Source: Candidatus Sabulitectum sp. (lineage in GTDB: Bacteria > Fermentibacterota > Fermentibacteria > Fermentibacterales > JCC-6). From it: 64,000 nucleotides of DNA. Location of the stretch: NCBI GenBank assembly GCA_023139045.1, contig JAGLOJ010000014.1, positions 22,264 to 86,263 on the forward strand, written 5' to 3'. Shown here piece after piece: positions 1 to 10,098 of this stretch; positions within the stretch are counted from its first letter, which is position 1; each line of letters opens with the position of its first letter. The notes beneath the pieces were generated by a model. It did no database searches, was not told the DNA's origin, and worked only from the letters and a program-made list of their open reading frames with translations. Position numbers and translations under genes: made by a program.

Positions 1-146
1 TCCTGATGCCCCACCAGAATAATCCTTACATCCTTCAGTATCTTTTTAGGGCTCTCCCGAAAAAACCTCACGGCCCCGTCAACTATAACGCCGGGACCGT
101 GATCTCCACCCATGGCATCAAGTGCCACAACAACTGATTTACTCAA
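1..146 (-). CDS. plsX: Phosphate acyltransferase PlsX, 5' part (runs off window start)
   Basis: Reverse-strand translation from TTG at 146 gives MSKSVVVALDAMGGDHGPGVIVDGAV, the PlsX N-terminal 'ALDAMGGD' motif. It lies directly downstream of rpmF, the canonical yceD-rpmF-plsX order. Confidence 0.9.
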   Translation of the reverse strand, partial: MSKSVVVALDAMGGDHGPGVIVDGAVRFFRESPKKILKDVRIILVGHQ

Positions 147-154
147 ATTCTGTG

Positions 155-337
155 CTAGTCTTCAACAGGCTCTGTAACCTGTCTGCCATTGTAAAAACCG
201 CAGTGCTTACAAACCCTGTGAGGTAATCTTGGTTCTCCACACTGAGTGCATGAACTGGTTGATTTTACAGCAATCTTCCAATGAGTACGACCCTTGTCGC
301 GCCTTGTGGAGGAATGCCTTCTTTTTGGAACGGGCAT
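155..337 (-). CDS. rpmF: 50S ribosomal protein L32 (zinc-ribbon form)
   Basis: MPVPKRRHSSTRRDKGRTH...CTQC...PHRVCKHCGFYNGR has the L32 signature with two CxxC motifs. Confidence 0.97.
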   Translation of the reverse strand: MPVPKRRHSSTRRDKGRTHWKIAVKSTSSCTQCGEPRLPHRVCKHCGFYNGRQVTEPVED

Positions 338-369
338 TTGGCTCTCGCTTTCATCTATACGCTCGAAGC

Positions 370-849
370 TCAGGCTTCGAAGCCGTGTTCACATTCTTCC
401 ATGTTACGATTAATTCCGCACCTGGGACACAACCCCCTGCACTTTTCAGTACAGAGCGGCATTGAAGGCAGTGAAAATATAATCGCTTCTCGAACGGGGT
501 CTAATATACAAACTGTTCCGTCATTGTGCGAGACCGGTTCAACTTCCGGATCTGAAAGCATATCAGGATTCCATGAATACATTCTCTCGATCTCGACTGT
601 CACTGGAAAAGTCACCGGAGCCAGACATCTGGCACACTGCACGGTGAAGTCTGCTTCAAGGAACCCTTTAACAATAATTTCGTACTCGGTTCTCACAATA
701 TCAAGGTCAAGAAGGCCTTCCTCCGAACTGATATCAACTCCGGGAATGTCCCAGGGAACATTCTTCATTTCAAGCGTAAATGTTTCCCGGGTGGTTCCCC
801 TTGGAATGGAATTAATGGTAATGGACAGGTTTTCCTCGAAAATTCTCAT
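370..849 (-). CDS. yceD: DUF177/YceD family protein (23S rRNA accumulation)
   Basis: Contains CARCL and PLCTEKCRGLCPRCGINRN motifs and sits upstream of rpmF. Start moved to the ATG at 849, just after the stop of the upstream gene. Confidence 0.9.
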   Translation of the reverse strand: MRIFEENLSITINSIPRGTTRETFTLEMKNVPWDIPGVDISSEEGLLDLDIVRTEYEIIVKGFLEADFTVQCARCLAPVTFPVTVEIERMYSWNPDMLSDPEVEPVSHNDGTVCILDPVREAIIFSLPSMPLCTEKCRGLCPRCGINRNMEECEHGFEA

Positions 850-850
850 A

Positions 851-2242
851 TCAGCTCTTTCCAAATTCTTCAGCAAGTCTGCTGGCAATTCTTTCATTTT
901 CTTCCGCGCTCTGTGACTGAACATATATCCTTGCAAGAGGTTCGGTACCACTGAGTCGAACAAGAACCCATGTATTTTCATCAAGAACCAGTTGAACGCC
1001 ATCAATTCGGTTAACCTGCTGCACCGGGAGCCCTGCGACCTCCTTCATGTCTGAATTGAAAAGCTTCTCCACAATGCGGCTTTTCATATCAGGATCCAGA
1101 GGAAGATCAAGTCTTGTGTTGTAGAATTTCCCATGGGTGGTCCAGAGCTTTGCAAGAAGAGAACCAAGACCCTCGCCGTAATGACAGACCATTTCAGCTG
1201 CCAGAAGACCTGCCAGAACACCATCTTTCTCAGGAATATGAGTTCCCAGAGAGAGTCCGCCGCTTTCCTCACCGGCAAGAAGAACGCCGCCTTTTAATAT
1301 CTCGGCACCCAGGTACTTGAAACCCACAGGTGTAACTTTAACTTCAAGCCCCCTCGCCTCTGCCACCCGGTCAAGAAGGCTACCGGTAGTTATCGAGCGG
1401 ATTATCCTTCCTGTATGTCCTGATTCGGCCAGATAATCCACAAGGAGGGCCATGAAGTCATGGGGTGTGATGTAGTCACCATTCTCGTCAACTATTCCGA
1501 ATCGATCAGCATCACCGTCTGTTGCCACTCCAAGAGAGGCGCCACTTCGGATGACGTTTTCAGAAAGATCTGAAAGGCATTGCTTGTTGGGTTCAGGATG
1601 CTGGCGCCCTGCAAAAAGAGGATCTCTTCTGCCATTAAGAACTCGAACAGAGCCACCAAGTTCAAGAAGTTTTCTGTCAAGAACACCGCTGCCCGCACCG
1701 CTGAAAGCATCATAAACAACCCTGAGAGAATTAGTTTCTCTGAAAGCATCAACATTTATAAATTCGTTTATATCTTTAAGATAAGGCGTTATGAAATCGG
1801 TTTTCAAGACAAAGCCACCGGTAACGCCTTCCGGAACGGAAGCTGAAACAATCAGTTCCTCAATTCGGTCAGTATCCCTGCTATCAGCCGGTCCACCATG
1901 AAAAGGGCTGAATTTGATACCGTTGTAAAGTGGAGGATTATGACTTGCAGTAAAGTTGATAACGCCGCCAAGACCCATCTTCCTGCAGGCATGCGAAAGC
2001 ACCGGTGTTGGTACACTTCTTTCGGAGACGTACGCTTTGAATCCGTATCCTGCCATTTTTTCAGCTGCAGCATCTGCCAGTTCAGGAGAAAGAAAGCGGC
2101 AGTCGCCTCCAATGGCAATGCTGGAATGTCCGGTTTCTGTTAATCTCATTGCAATAGCATCAACAACGGCCATTGCCCTGTCCCAGGTGAACTCCCTGGA
2201 AATAACGCCACGCCATCCGGATGTGCCGAATTTAATTACCAT
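851..2242 (-). CDS. Phosphoglucomutase/phosphomannomutase (alpha-D-phosphohexomutase family)
   Basis: IKFGTSGWRG, TASHNP (phosphoserine), DGDADR (metal loop), GEESGG (sugar loop) and RLSGTEP motifs. Confidence 0.93.
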   Translation of the reverse strand: MVIKFGTSGWRGVISREFTWDRAMAVVDAIAMRLTETGHSSIAIGGDCRFLSPELADAAAEKMAGYGFKAYVSERSVPTPVLSHACRKMGLGGVINFTASHNPPLYNGIKFSPFHGGPADSRDTDRIEELIVSASVPEGVTGGFVLKTDFITPYLKDINEFINVDAFRETNSLRVVYDAFSGAGSGVLDRKLLELGGSVRVLNGRRDPLFAGRQHPEPNKQCLSDLSENVIRSGASLGVATDGDADRFGIVDENGDYITPHDFMALLVDYLAESGHTGRIIRSITTGSLLDRVAEARGLEVKVTPVGFKYLGAEILKGGVLLAGEESGGLSLGTHIPEKDGVLAGLLAAEMVCHYGEGLGSLLAKLWTTHGKFYNTRLDLPLDPDMKSRIVEKLFNSDMKEVAGLPVQQVNRIDGVQLVLDENTWVLVRLSGTEPLARIYVQSQSAEENERIASRLAEEFGKS

Positions 2243-3725
2243 CAGAATCAGTCTCCGTGAGATATTCTACTGCACGAACGATAGTATCATCATGAGGTGC
2301 AGTTACCTGGTAGTAGCGACTCATAGGCCACTCGCGCAGAGCGATTTCCCTGAGAAGGGCACGCTCCATGTAAAAATAGCTTTCTGCGAATTCCTCTTCT
2401 GTGTACTCGATTTCTTCAGCATCAAGATACTCTCTGAACAACAGGAAGAGGGCTTCGTCCGGCCAGAAGTCAAGCGAAATTTCATTTTCCAATGTGTAAT
2501 CCACGGCAAAATGAAAGAAATGACCGTCTATCTCCAGTTCCGCAACAAGGGCCACACCGAATGAATCCGGTTCAACAGTAATATCCGGATTGATTCCCCA
2601 GGTTTCCTCGGCATCTGATTCCATGAAATCGTCCCGCAGGGTTCTGTCAATGCAGTTTCCGTCGGGAGTATAGTACCTGGCAGTCGTAAGTTTAACTCCA
2701 TAGTGCCCCAACCCGGGGTACTCCCCCAGATCGGAAAGAGACTGTACTGACCCTTTGCCGAAAGTTCTTGTTCCGATCAAAGTAGCAGCATTCTGGTCCT
2801 GGAGGGCACCGGCAAGAATCTCGGAAGAACTGGCACTTCCACCGTCAACCAGCAGAACAAGCTCGCCTTTGTAAAGAACACCTCTTCTGGTTCTGTAGGT
2901 GTATTCACCAACTGCCTGCCCTCGAGTAGTCACAACAACTGACCCGGCTGGAAGGAAAATATCCGCTACATCTATGGAGGGCAGCATAAGCCCTCCGGAA
3001 TTCCCGCGGAGGTCCAGAATCATTTTCTCAGCACCCAGATCACGAAGCTCATTAACCGCATTATATACCTCAGTAGCTGATTCCTCGCTGAAACGGGAAA
3101 GACGAACATATCCAATACCGGGTTCCACCATAAAACTGGCGGAGACAGACGGGAAGTCAATTACATCTCTTTCAATGGGAAAAATGATTGGATCGTCCAT
3201 TCCCGGTCTCTTAACGGTAAGATCAACCACAGTGCCACCGGGACCCCTGATGAAGGAAACGGCTTCAGTTGTTGTGATGCCTTCTGTGGACACACCATCA
3301 ATCTCAATGATCCGGTCGCCGGCCTTCATACCTGCCCTGTAGGCAGGAGTACCCTCAAGTGGGGAAATAACTGTAAGCCAGTTATCCCGCTGACCCAGGG
3401 TAATCCCCACGCCTTCGAAAGATCCCTCAAGCTGAATTTGAAGATTCTCGAGTTCCTCAGGAGTAAGAAGAACGCTGTTGGGGTCAAGAGATTGAAGCAT
3501 TCCCTGAAGTGCTTCCTCGACAAGTTCTCTGCTCTGAACCGTATCTACATAAGATGATCTGGTAATACCGTAAACATCGAAAAACAGCTCAAGAGACGAT
3601 GCTCTGGCTGCAGGTGTTTCTTCGTTCTGGGCAGCAGCAACCGGGGGAAGCCCCAGCACAAGAGCTGTTGTGAGCAGCAGCATACCTGTTGTTACAGCAA
3701 CCCATCCTGGTACAAGGTCTTTCAT
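2232..3725 (-). CDS. ctpA: S41 family C-terminal processing peptidase with PDZ domain
   Basis: Signal peptide, PDZ domain (FEGVGI...GTPAYRAGMKAGDRI), LDLRGNSGG, SASSSEI (catalytic Ser) and TFGKGSVQ (catalytic Lys). Confidence 0.92.
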   Translation of the reverse strand: MKDLVPGWVAVTTGMLLLTTALVLGLPPVAAAQNEETPAARASSLELFFDVYGITRSSYVDTVQSRELVEEALQGMLQSLDPNSVLLTPEELENLQIQLEGSFEGVGITLGQRDNWLTVISPLEGTPAYRAGMKAGDRIIEIDGVSTEGITTTEAVSFIRGPGGTVVDLTVKRPGMDDPIIFPIERDVIDFPSVSASFMVEPGIGYVRLSRFSEESATEVYNAVNELRDLGAEKMILDLRGNSGGLMLPSIDVADIFLPAGSVVVTTRGQAVGEYTYRTRRGVLYKGELVLLVDGGSASSSEILAGALQDQNAATLIGTRTFGKGSVQSLSDLGEYPGLGHYGVKLTTARYYTPDGNCIDRTLRDDFMESDAEETWGINPDITVEPDSFGVALVAELEIDGHFFHFAVDYTLENEISLDFWPDEALFLLFREYLDAEEIEYTEEEFAESYFYMERALLREIALREWPMSRYYQVTAPHDDTIVRAVEYLTETDSDGN

Positions 3726-4363
3726 ATACTACCAACCATCCTGTCTGTAATCCTGTTAAGAACCTCATTCAGTATCAGTGAATTCTGTTCTTCTTCGCTG
3801 AGTTTACCATCCACCACAAGAAATCGTTCCGGTTCCCGATGAGCGAGATCACGATAGCCGTCCCGTACCCTGCGATGAAAAGAAAGATCCTCCATTTCAA
3901 TCCTGTCAAGCTTTCTTCCCGAGATGTTCATTCTTCTGAAACCCTCTTCGGGATCCAGATCCATAAGTATTGTCAAATCCGGTTTCAGACCACTGGTGGC
4001 CAGCACATTCGCCGCTCGCATCCCATCAATGGGAAGACCCCTTCCCCATCCCTGATAGGCGAAAGTGGCATCGCTGAATCTGTCACACAATACAATGACC
4101 CCTCTTTTTAAAGCAGGCCGGATGACCCTGTCTACATTGGCAGCACGGCTTGCAAAGTAGAGCATAAGTTCGGTCAGGGGAGGAACATCAAGCTCAGGGT
4201 TCAGAAGGATGGATCGAATCCTCTCGGAAACATCAGGCCCTCCCGGTTCCCGGGTGAAAACAGTCTCACTGCCGGTATTCTGGAGGGCCTGTATCAGGCA
4301 TCTGCATCTGGATGACTTGCCCGAGCCCTCTACGCCCTCAAAGGTTACGAAAAGTCCGGGCAA
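3722..4363 (-). CDS. tmk: Thymidylate kinase
   Basis: FVTFEGVEGSGKS P-loop, TREPGG, CDRFSDATFAYQG and LDRIE motifs. Confidence 0.96.
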   Translation of the reverse strand: MPGLFVTFEGVEGSGKSSRCRCLIQALQNTGSETVFTREPGGPDVSERIRSILLNPELDVPPLTELMLYFASRAANVDRVIRPALKRGVIVLCDRFSDATFAYQGWGRGLPIDGMRAANVLATSGLKPDLTILMDLDPEEGFRRMNISGRKLDRIEMEDLSFHRRVRDGYRDLAHREPERFLVVDGKLSEEEQNSLILNEVLNRITDRMVGSI

Positions 4364-4377
4364 ATTATCTCTCTTTC

Positions 4378-5493
4378 CTACTTTTTATCAGCTTTTATCT
4401 TGCTGTCGATTTTTTTCTTGCTGTAGGTAGTAATGTACTCTTCTGTCATTCTGTGGCACTCATCATCATAGTACTGCACAGGTGGTGACTTGAAGAAGTA
4501 ACTGGATGGCGCTTCAAGAGCACCGCTGAGACCGTTGTCCAGCGCAAGCTTGGCGCAGCGAACAGCATCAATGATAACACCGGCACTGTTAGGGCTGTCC
4601 CATACTTCCAGTTTTGCTTCAATGTTCAAAGGAACATCACCAAAACTGGTTCCCTCCATGCGAATGTAACACCATTTTCTGTCTTCAAGCCACTCGATGT
4701 AATCACTGGGGCCGATGTGGACATTACGCGGCAGCATTCCACCGGGAATCTGGCTGGTAACAGCGTTGGTCTTGCTTATCTTCTTTGATTCAAGACGCTC
4801 GCGTTCAAGCATATTGAGGAAATCAGTATTTCCACCTACGTTAAGCTGGTATGTACGATCAAGCCTTACGCCACGATCCTGGAAGAGTCTGGTCATAACC
4901 CGGTGAAGGATGGTTGCACCGACCTGGCTCTTGATATCATCACCCATGCACGGAAGATTCTTATCGCGGAAACGCTTCTGCCAGTAGGGCTCGCGTGCGA
5001 TGAACACAGGGATGGCATTAACAAAGGCGCATCCCGCTTCGAGAATCTGCTCTACATACCACTTTGTTGCTTCTTCGCTGCCAACGGGCAGGTAACTGAC
5101 CACAACATCAGTCTTTGATTCTTTAAGAATACTCACGATATCTGCCGTTGGTCCGGGAGCCTTCTCGATTACCGGCTTGAGATATTTGCCGATTCCATCG
5201 TGGGTCATTCCCCGGTTTACCGGAACACCAAGATTGGGAACATCACAGAGCTTGATGGTGCAGTTGGGGTCAGCGAAGATTGCCTCGCTGAGATCTTTGC
5301 CAACTTTTGTAGTGTTGATATCAAAGGCTGCGCTGAATTCCACATCCTTCACATGATAACCACCGAGATTCACATGCATAAGGCCGGGAACCCGATCTTC
5401 CTCTTTGGAATTCCTGTAGTACTCAACACCCTGAACAAGGCTGCTTGCACAGTTGCCCACTCCGATAATGGCTACCCTTACTTTTTTTGACAT
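4378..5493 (-). CDS. ino1: Myo-inositol-1-phosphate (inositol-3-phosphate) synthase, actinobacterial/archaeal type
   Basis: [48 protein letters not shown] and VWDSPNSAG motifs. Confidence 0.95.
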   Translation of the reverse strand: MSKKVRVAIIGVGNCASSLVQGVEYYRNSKEEDRVPGLMHVNLGGYHVKDVEFSAAFDINTTKVGKDLSEAIFADPNCTIKLCDVPNLGVPVNRGMTHDGIGKYLKPVIEKAPGPTADIVSILKESKTDVVVSYLPVGSEEATKWYVEQILEAGCAFVNAIPVFIAREPYWQKRFRDKNLPCMGDDIKSQVGATILHRVMTRLFQDRGVRLDRTYQLNVGGNTDFLNMLERERLESKKISKTNAVTSQIPGGMLPRNVHIGPSDYIEWLEDRKWCYIRMEGTSFGDVPLNIEAKLEVWDSPNSAGVIIDAVRCAKLALDNGLSGALEAPSSYFFKSPPVQYYDDECHRMTEEYITTYSKKKIDSKIKADKK

Positions 5494-5541
5494 TCAATAT
5501 CCTCCCCTGACGGGTATAATGTTTCGAGGGAAAAGATGCCC

Positions 5542-6150
5542 CTAGTCCAGGGGGATTCCATTCCCGTCCCGTGTAACTTTCAACAACCGCTGCAAGGCAG
5601 TCAGCCAGGAACCAGCCGCAATAACGGCACAGGCCCAGACAAGAACTGTCGACCCCCAGAAAGAAGAGAAAACAATACCGGCAATTACCAGCACCAGTCT
5701 CTCTGTTCTGGTGAACAGACCGACCTCACACTTGATACCAAGCCCCTCGGCACGGGCGCGAACATAGCTCACAAGAAGTGAACCGCCCATGGCCATGGGT
5801 ATAATATACAACAAGCTATCATGTTCACTTCCGGCTTTTCCTGCAAGCACCGCAGTTAATACCAGAATTTCGCCAACCCTGTCCATGACAGAATCAAGAG
5901 CAGCACCGCCCTTGGAAGAAGTGTTTGTCAGCCTGGCAATGCTTCCATCAACAGCATCAAAGAGGCTTCCAAGGATAAGAACTATACCTCCTGTAAGATA
6001 AGCTCCTTTCCATACGAACCAGCAGCCCAGAATAGTAATGAAAAGACCGGTGACGGTAGCGCCTGCAGGAGTGACACCAAGTCTCACCAGAAACGGAATA
6101 ACCGGTCGAAGCAGACCCTTGAATGCCATTCTTACTTTATGAAGACTCAA
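5542..6150 (-). CDS. CDP-alcohol phosphatidyltransferase, probable phosphatidylinositol-phosphate synthase
   Basis: CDP-OH motif DAVDGSIAR...GAALDSVMDR, plus SLLVSYVRARAEGLG and RTERL. Immediately upstream of ino1. Confidence 0.85.
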   Translation of the reverse strand: MSLHKVRMAFKGLLRPVIPFLVRLGVTPAGATVTGLFITILGCWFVWKGAYLTGGIVLILGSLFDAVDGSIARLTNTSSKGGAALDSVMDRVGEILVLTAVLAGKAGSEHDSLLYIIPMAMGGSLLVSYVRARAEGLGIKCEVGLFTRTERLVLVIAGIVFSSFWGSTVLVWACAVIAAGSWLTALQRLLKVTRDGNGIPLD

Positions 6151-6827
6151 TCTGAGGCTCCTTCCACCAGAAGGGTAATTTCACCTTTGGGGACGGAAGT
6201 TGAATATCTCTCCCCGAGGCTTGAAAGGGTACCCCGTACAATTTCCTCATGAAGCTTGGTCATCTCTCTGGCAACGCAACATCGTCTGTCACCGAACACA
6301 GAGAGCATAATTTCAATAACAGAGGAGAGATGGTGCGGCCCAACATAATAGGCTATTGTTCCCGTATAACTGACCATGTCTTCAATCCTTCGGCGTCTCT
6401 TGCCTTTCTTGAAGGGAAGAAAACCCTCAAAAGCAAATCTGTTTGTTGGAAGACCCGATACAACAAGAGCCATTATAACAGCCGAGGGACCGGGTATCAT
6501 TGTAACCTCTGCACCAAGCTCAACAGCCAGCCCTACAGCTCTGTAAGCGGGGTCCGATATCCCGGGGGTGCCTGCATCGCTGGCCATTGCCACCGTGTCC
6601 CCCTGAAGAAGGAACTGTTCAATCTGCGGAAGTCTTCCGCGGATATTGTGATCGTGACAACTGTACAGGCGCCTGCGCTCTGGAACGAATCTTCCGGTTC
6701 TCCTTGTATCCTCGGCCATGACAACATCAGCTGTACTGAGAGCCTCCAGGGCCCGTGGAGATATGTCATCCAGGTTACCGATGGGAGTGGCAACAAGAAC
6801 CAGTTTACCGGTACAGTCTCCGCTCAC
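6147..6827 (-). CDS. rsmI: 16S rRNA (cytidine1402-2'-O)-methyltransferase
   Basis: LVATPIGNLDDISPRA, AEDTR, SDAGTPGISDP, FEGFLP, REMTKLHEE and KGEI motifs. Confidence 0.95.
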   Translation of the reverse strand: MSGDCTGKLVLVATPIGNLDDISPRALEALSTADVVMAEDTRRTGRFVPERRRLYSCHDHNIRGRLPQIEQFLLQGDTVAMASDAGTPGISDPAYRAVGLAVELGAEVTMIPGPSAVIMALVVSGLPTNRFAFEGFLPFKKGKRRRRIEDMVSYTGTIAYYVGPHHLSSVIEIMLSVFGDRRCCVAREMTKLHEEIVRGTLSSLGERYSTSVPKGEITLLVEGASD

Positions 6828-7054
6828 CTGTTCTCCAGACTTGACCTGAGGTTCCTGATTCTGTCGAGCCTCGCACCGGTAGCCTCCTCGTCACCCTGAA
6901 GGGTAACATTTATTGTCATTCCCTCGGTTACACCCTCCGGCAGATGCGATTCAGGCAGATGCCACTGAAAACCTCCCGGGGCAAGAATAACTGCAATTCC
7001 CTCTTCAATTCTGTCAAGGTCAACAGAAAAATTACTCTCCCGGCTCCTGGCCAT
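6824..7054 (-). CDS. DUF3006 family small protein
   Basis: MARSRESNFSVDLDRIEEGIAVIL...LPEGVTEG...RIRNLRSSL matches the DUF3006 pattern. GAGGAGG RBS precedes the ATG at 7054. Confidence 0.7.
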   Translation of the reverse strand: MARSRESNFSVDLDRIEEGIAVILAPGGFQWHLPESHLPEGVTEGMTINVTLQGDEEATGARLDRIRNLRSSLENR

Positions 7055-9104
7055 GCCAGATACCTCCTCCAATAATAGACTGGGCAATGTTCTTGATGTG
7101 ATCACAAGCCCTTTCGCAGTAGTCAATGAAATCCAGTATTGCCAGACCTGTGAGATTGGATACACCGTAAGTTGCAAGAGATTTACCGTAGTTGTCTCTT
7201 GCTTCCTCTTCAATCTGGTTCATTCTGCCCTCAAGAATCAGAATCTTCTGGGCTGCTTTCAGATCATGAGTTTCAAGGGCGATTACCACCTGATCAGCCA
7301 TCTCCCTGAGAATCTCGAATGCCTGACCGGCTGCCGTGGTCAAAGGACCCTCTGAATCAAGAATGTTACCCTCAACCCGATTCCTGGCCTCCACCATATT
7401 TACAGCATGATCGGAAACCCTCTCTATATCGTTGATTGAATGGAGAATAACTGGCAGTCTTAGTGACTGCTCAGATGAGAGGTTCGCTTTGAAAAGTTGG
7501 GAAGCATAGATAGTCAGGTCCCTCTGCATATCGTCAACACTGTCTTCCATGGCCAGAATTCTTTTAGCCTGATGCTTTCCTGTGAGAAAATGCTCTGCGG
7601 CCCAGCAGACACCTTTTCCGGACACCCGGGCCATCTTGGTCATTTCTCTGTCCAGGCTGTCAAGAGCCAGGACAGGTGAAGTAAGCAGGTTGGAATCGAG
7701 AATAATATCATCTTCCGGAGTATCGTCATCGCCGGAAGGAATTATGACTCTGCACAGCCTGGTAAGCGCAGGAACAAACGGAATAAACAACAGAACATTC
7801 ACCACATTAAACATCGTATGGGCATTTGCCACCTGCCTCATGGCATCAGAGGATGTACGCCTGACCAGTTTCATAAAAAAGCCGTCTGGATCCAGGGCGA
7901 GCAGAGCAAAATAGATGGCTCCGATCACATTGATCAGAGTGTGGGCCATAGCCGCCTGTTTTGCTGCACGATTACTACCTATTGCAGCAAGCTGAGCCGT
8001 GATCGTTGTTCCGATGTTGTCGCCAAGAACAAGAAATATCGCTCCCTGGAGCCCGATCAAACCCGACCCGGCAAGGGTCATAGTAAGACCAACCGTGGCA
8101 CTGGAGCTCTGAACAAACACCGTGACAAGAGTTCCGGCAATTATTGCAAGAACAGGATTTGTGCTGAAAGTGGTGAAAAACTCTCTAACCGGTGCACTTC
8201 CCCGCAGTGGCTTCATCACGCCGCTCATGGTGGTCATACCCAGAAACAGAAGTCCCAGACCAAGAATAACTTTTCCCCACATCTGTCTTTTCCTGTTTTT
8301 TGAAAAAGCAGAGAGGGCAAAACCAAGAGCAATCATAGGAAAGGCATACCTGGTAATCTTGAAAGCAATAAGCTGTCCGGTAATGGTGGTTCCTATGTTT
8401 GCCCCAAGAACAACCCCTACAGCCTGTTGCAGGGTCATCAGGGCACTGTTCACAAAACCAACCGTTATAACCGTGGTGGCACTGGAACTCTGCACAAGAG
8501 CGGTTACCAGAGCACCTGCGATAATTGCCATAAATCGGTTGGCGGTAAGAGCCCTGAGGATAGATTTCATCCTGTTTCCGGCCACCTGCTGAAGATTCGT
8601 CGACATCATCTGCATGCCAAGCAGAAATACAGCAAGACCGCCAATGATCTGAAAAACGATAGCTCTGACATCCAGTGAAACAAAACCAAATGAGGCCGAT
8701 GCCGGCACACCCTGCCTGTCAGTGACAGAAGCTGTTACAGTAATTTCTCCCATTTTGCCAAGTTGAACATCAACACGGGCTATACCGTTTTCGTCCGTTT
8801 GCACAACAAGACCTTCTGCCGACTCTTCTTCGATGGTATAAAATCCCTCGGCAGGTATCAGTTCGGCATCACCACCACCAACGGAAAAGTGAACCTGATA
8901 ATCGGCAACGGGATTTCCTGAGCTGGCGGAAGTTATCTCGACAGAGAGTGGCGTTTCCAGTTCCTTCCCGGAATCTCCGTAATCTATGTACTCCAGAATT
9001 TGCACGTTCAACTCGCTCTGTGCCAAAGACATGGAAGGTATTGCAATAAGCAGAAAAAACATGAATTTCAACAGCACACTCCCCTGTTTGATACAAAAAA
9101 ACAC
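7032..9104 (-). CDS. Na+/Pi cotransporter (NptA/YjbB family) with N-terminal exported Ig-like domain and C-terminal PhoU domains
   Basis: Two QSSSAT repeats, GANIGTT/GDNIGTT and DIERVSDH/ERACDH PhoU motifs. Has an extra ~140-aa N-terminal signal peptide plus beta-rich domain. The exact start is uncertain (9104, 9075 or 9063). Confidence 0.88.
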   Translation of the reverse strand: MFFCIKQGSVLLKFMFFLLIAIPSMSLAQSELNVQILEYIDYGDSGKELETPLSVEITSASSGNPVADYQVHFSVGGGDAELIPAEGFYTIEEESAEGLVVQTDENGIARVDVQLGKMGEITVTASVTDRQGVPASASFGFVSLDVRAIVFQIIGGLAVFLLGMQMMSTNLQQVAGNRMKSILRALTANRFMAIIAGALVTALVQSSSATTVITVGFVNSALMTLQQAVGVVLGANIGTTITGQLIAFKITRYAFPMIALGFALSAFSKNRKRQMWGKVILGLGLLFLGMTTMSGVMKPLRGSAPVREFFTTFSTNPVLAIIAGTLVTVFVQSSSATVGLTMTLAGSGLIGLQGAIFLVLGDNIGTTITAQLAAIGSNRAAKQAAMAHTLINVIGAIYFALLALDPDGFFMKLVRRTSSDAMRQVANAHTMFNVVNVLLFIPFVPALTRLCRVIIPSGDDDTPEDDIILDSNLLTSPVLALDSLDREMTKMARVSGKGVCWAAEHFLTGKHQAKRILAMEDSVDDMQRDLTIYASQLFKANLSSEQSLRLPVILHSINDIERVSDHAVNMVEARNRVEGNILDSEGPLTTAAGQAFEILREMADQVVIALETHDLKAAQKILILEGRMNQIEEEARDNYGKSLATYGVSNLTGLAILDFIDYCERACDHIKNIAQSIIGGGIWHGQEPGE

Positions 9105-9174
9105 TGTGTTGCAGGTGGAAATTGAGTTGGAGGGAATATAGTAAATAACTGCACTTTTGCCGACATTGTGAAAG

Positions 9175-10098
9175 ATGGCGGAATCGTGTTATTTTACGCC
9201 AATGAGATCATTCAAAATACTTCTTGAAGCGATGCGTGTTAAAGCATGGACAAAGAATTTCTTCGTTTTCGCAGCTCTGCTTTTCGGCAGAGTGTGGTCA
9301 CTCAAGGCTCTTGAGGAAACAATTCTGGCAGCCCTGGGTTTCGGTCTGATTGCCTCGGCAATCTACCTGATAAACGATTCAGTTGACCGTGGAAAAGACA
9401 GGTTGCACCCCGAGAAGCGCAACAGACCCATAGCCTCGGGCAGGCTGTCTGTTCGCAGAGCCATCATTACAGCGGTAATCCTGGCAACGGGAACACTGGT
9501 TACTGCATGGATGCTTGCACCGTGGCTGGCTCTTATCTACTCTGTATACCTTGCCCAGCAACTGGGATACTCTTTCGGCCTCAAAAAAGTTGTAATACTT
9601 GATTGTATCCTGATTGCCATGGGCTTTGTTCTCCGGGCACTGGCAGGTGTCGCAGTTCTATACGACTCAGGTGAAATGATCACTCTTTCTCCATGGCTTG
9701 TGATATGTACTTTCTTTCTGGCTTCTCTGCTGGCATTCGCCAAAAGAAGACACGAGTTGATTTCCATGGGAGATGATGCACGGAACCACAGACAGAATCT
9801 GAAGGAATACTCGGTTTCGCTTCTGGATCAGGTAATCGGAATAAGCGCTTCTGCCAGCATTCTCGGATACTCTATCTACACAGTCAGCGACAGAACTGCG
9901 GAATTTGTTTCCCCCTACCTCTGGGTTACAATACCGTTTGTGGCATACGGTGTCTTCAGATACCTTTTCATTGTTTACAGCATGGGTCTCGGGGGAAGCC
10001 CCGACAAGATTCTGGTAAAAGATACACCTCTGAAAATCAATATTCTTCTCTGGATTGCAACTGTATCCGCAGTACTCATAACAAACCCCGCAGGATAA
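9175..10098 (+). CDS. Decaprenyl-phosphate phosphoribosyltransferase-like UbiA family protein
   Basis: MRVKAWTKNFFVF, YLINDSVDRGKDRLHPEKRNRPIASG, AKRRHE, R..LKEYS and YGVFRY motifs, typical of DPPR synthase. The start may be 9202. Confidence 0.85.
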   Translation: MAESCYFTPMRSFKILLEAMRVKAWTKNFFVFAALLFGRVWSLKALEETILAALGFGLIASAIYLINDSVDRGKDRLHPEKRNRPIASGRLSVRRAIITAVILATGTLVTAWMLAPWLALIYSVYLAQQLGYSFGLKKVVILDCILIAMGFVLRALAGVAVLYDSGEMITLSPWLVICTFFLASLLAFAKRRHELISMGDDARNHRQNLKEYSVSLLDQVIGISASASILGYSIYTVSDRTAEFVSPYLWVTIPFVAYGVFRYLFIVYSMGLGGSPDKILVKDTPLKINILLWIATVSAVLITNPAG

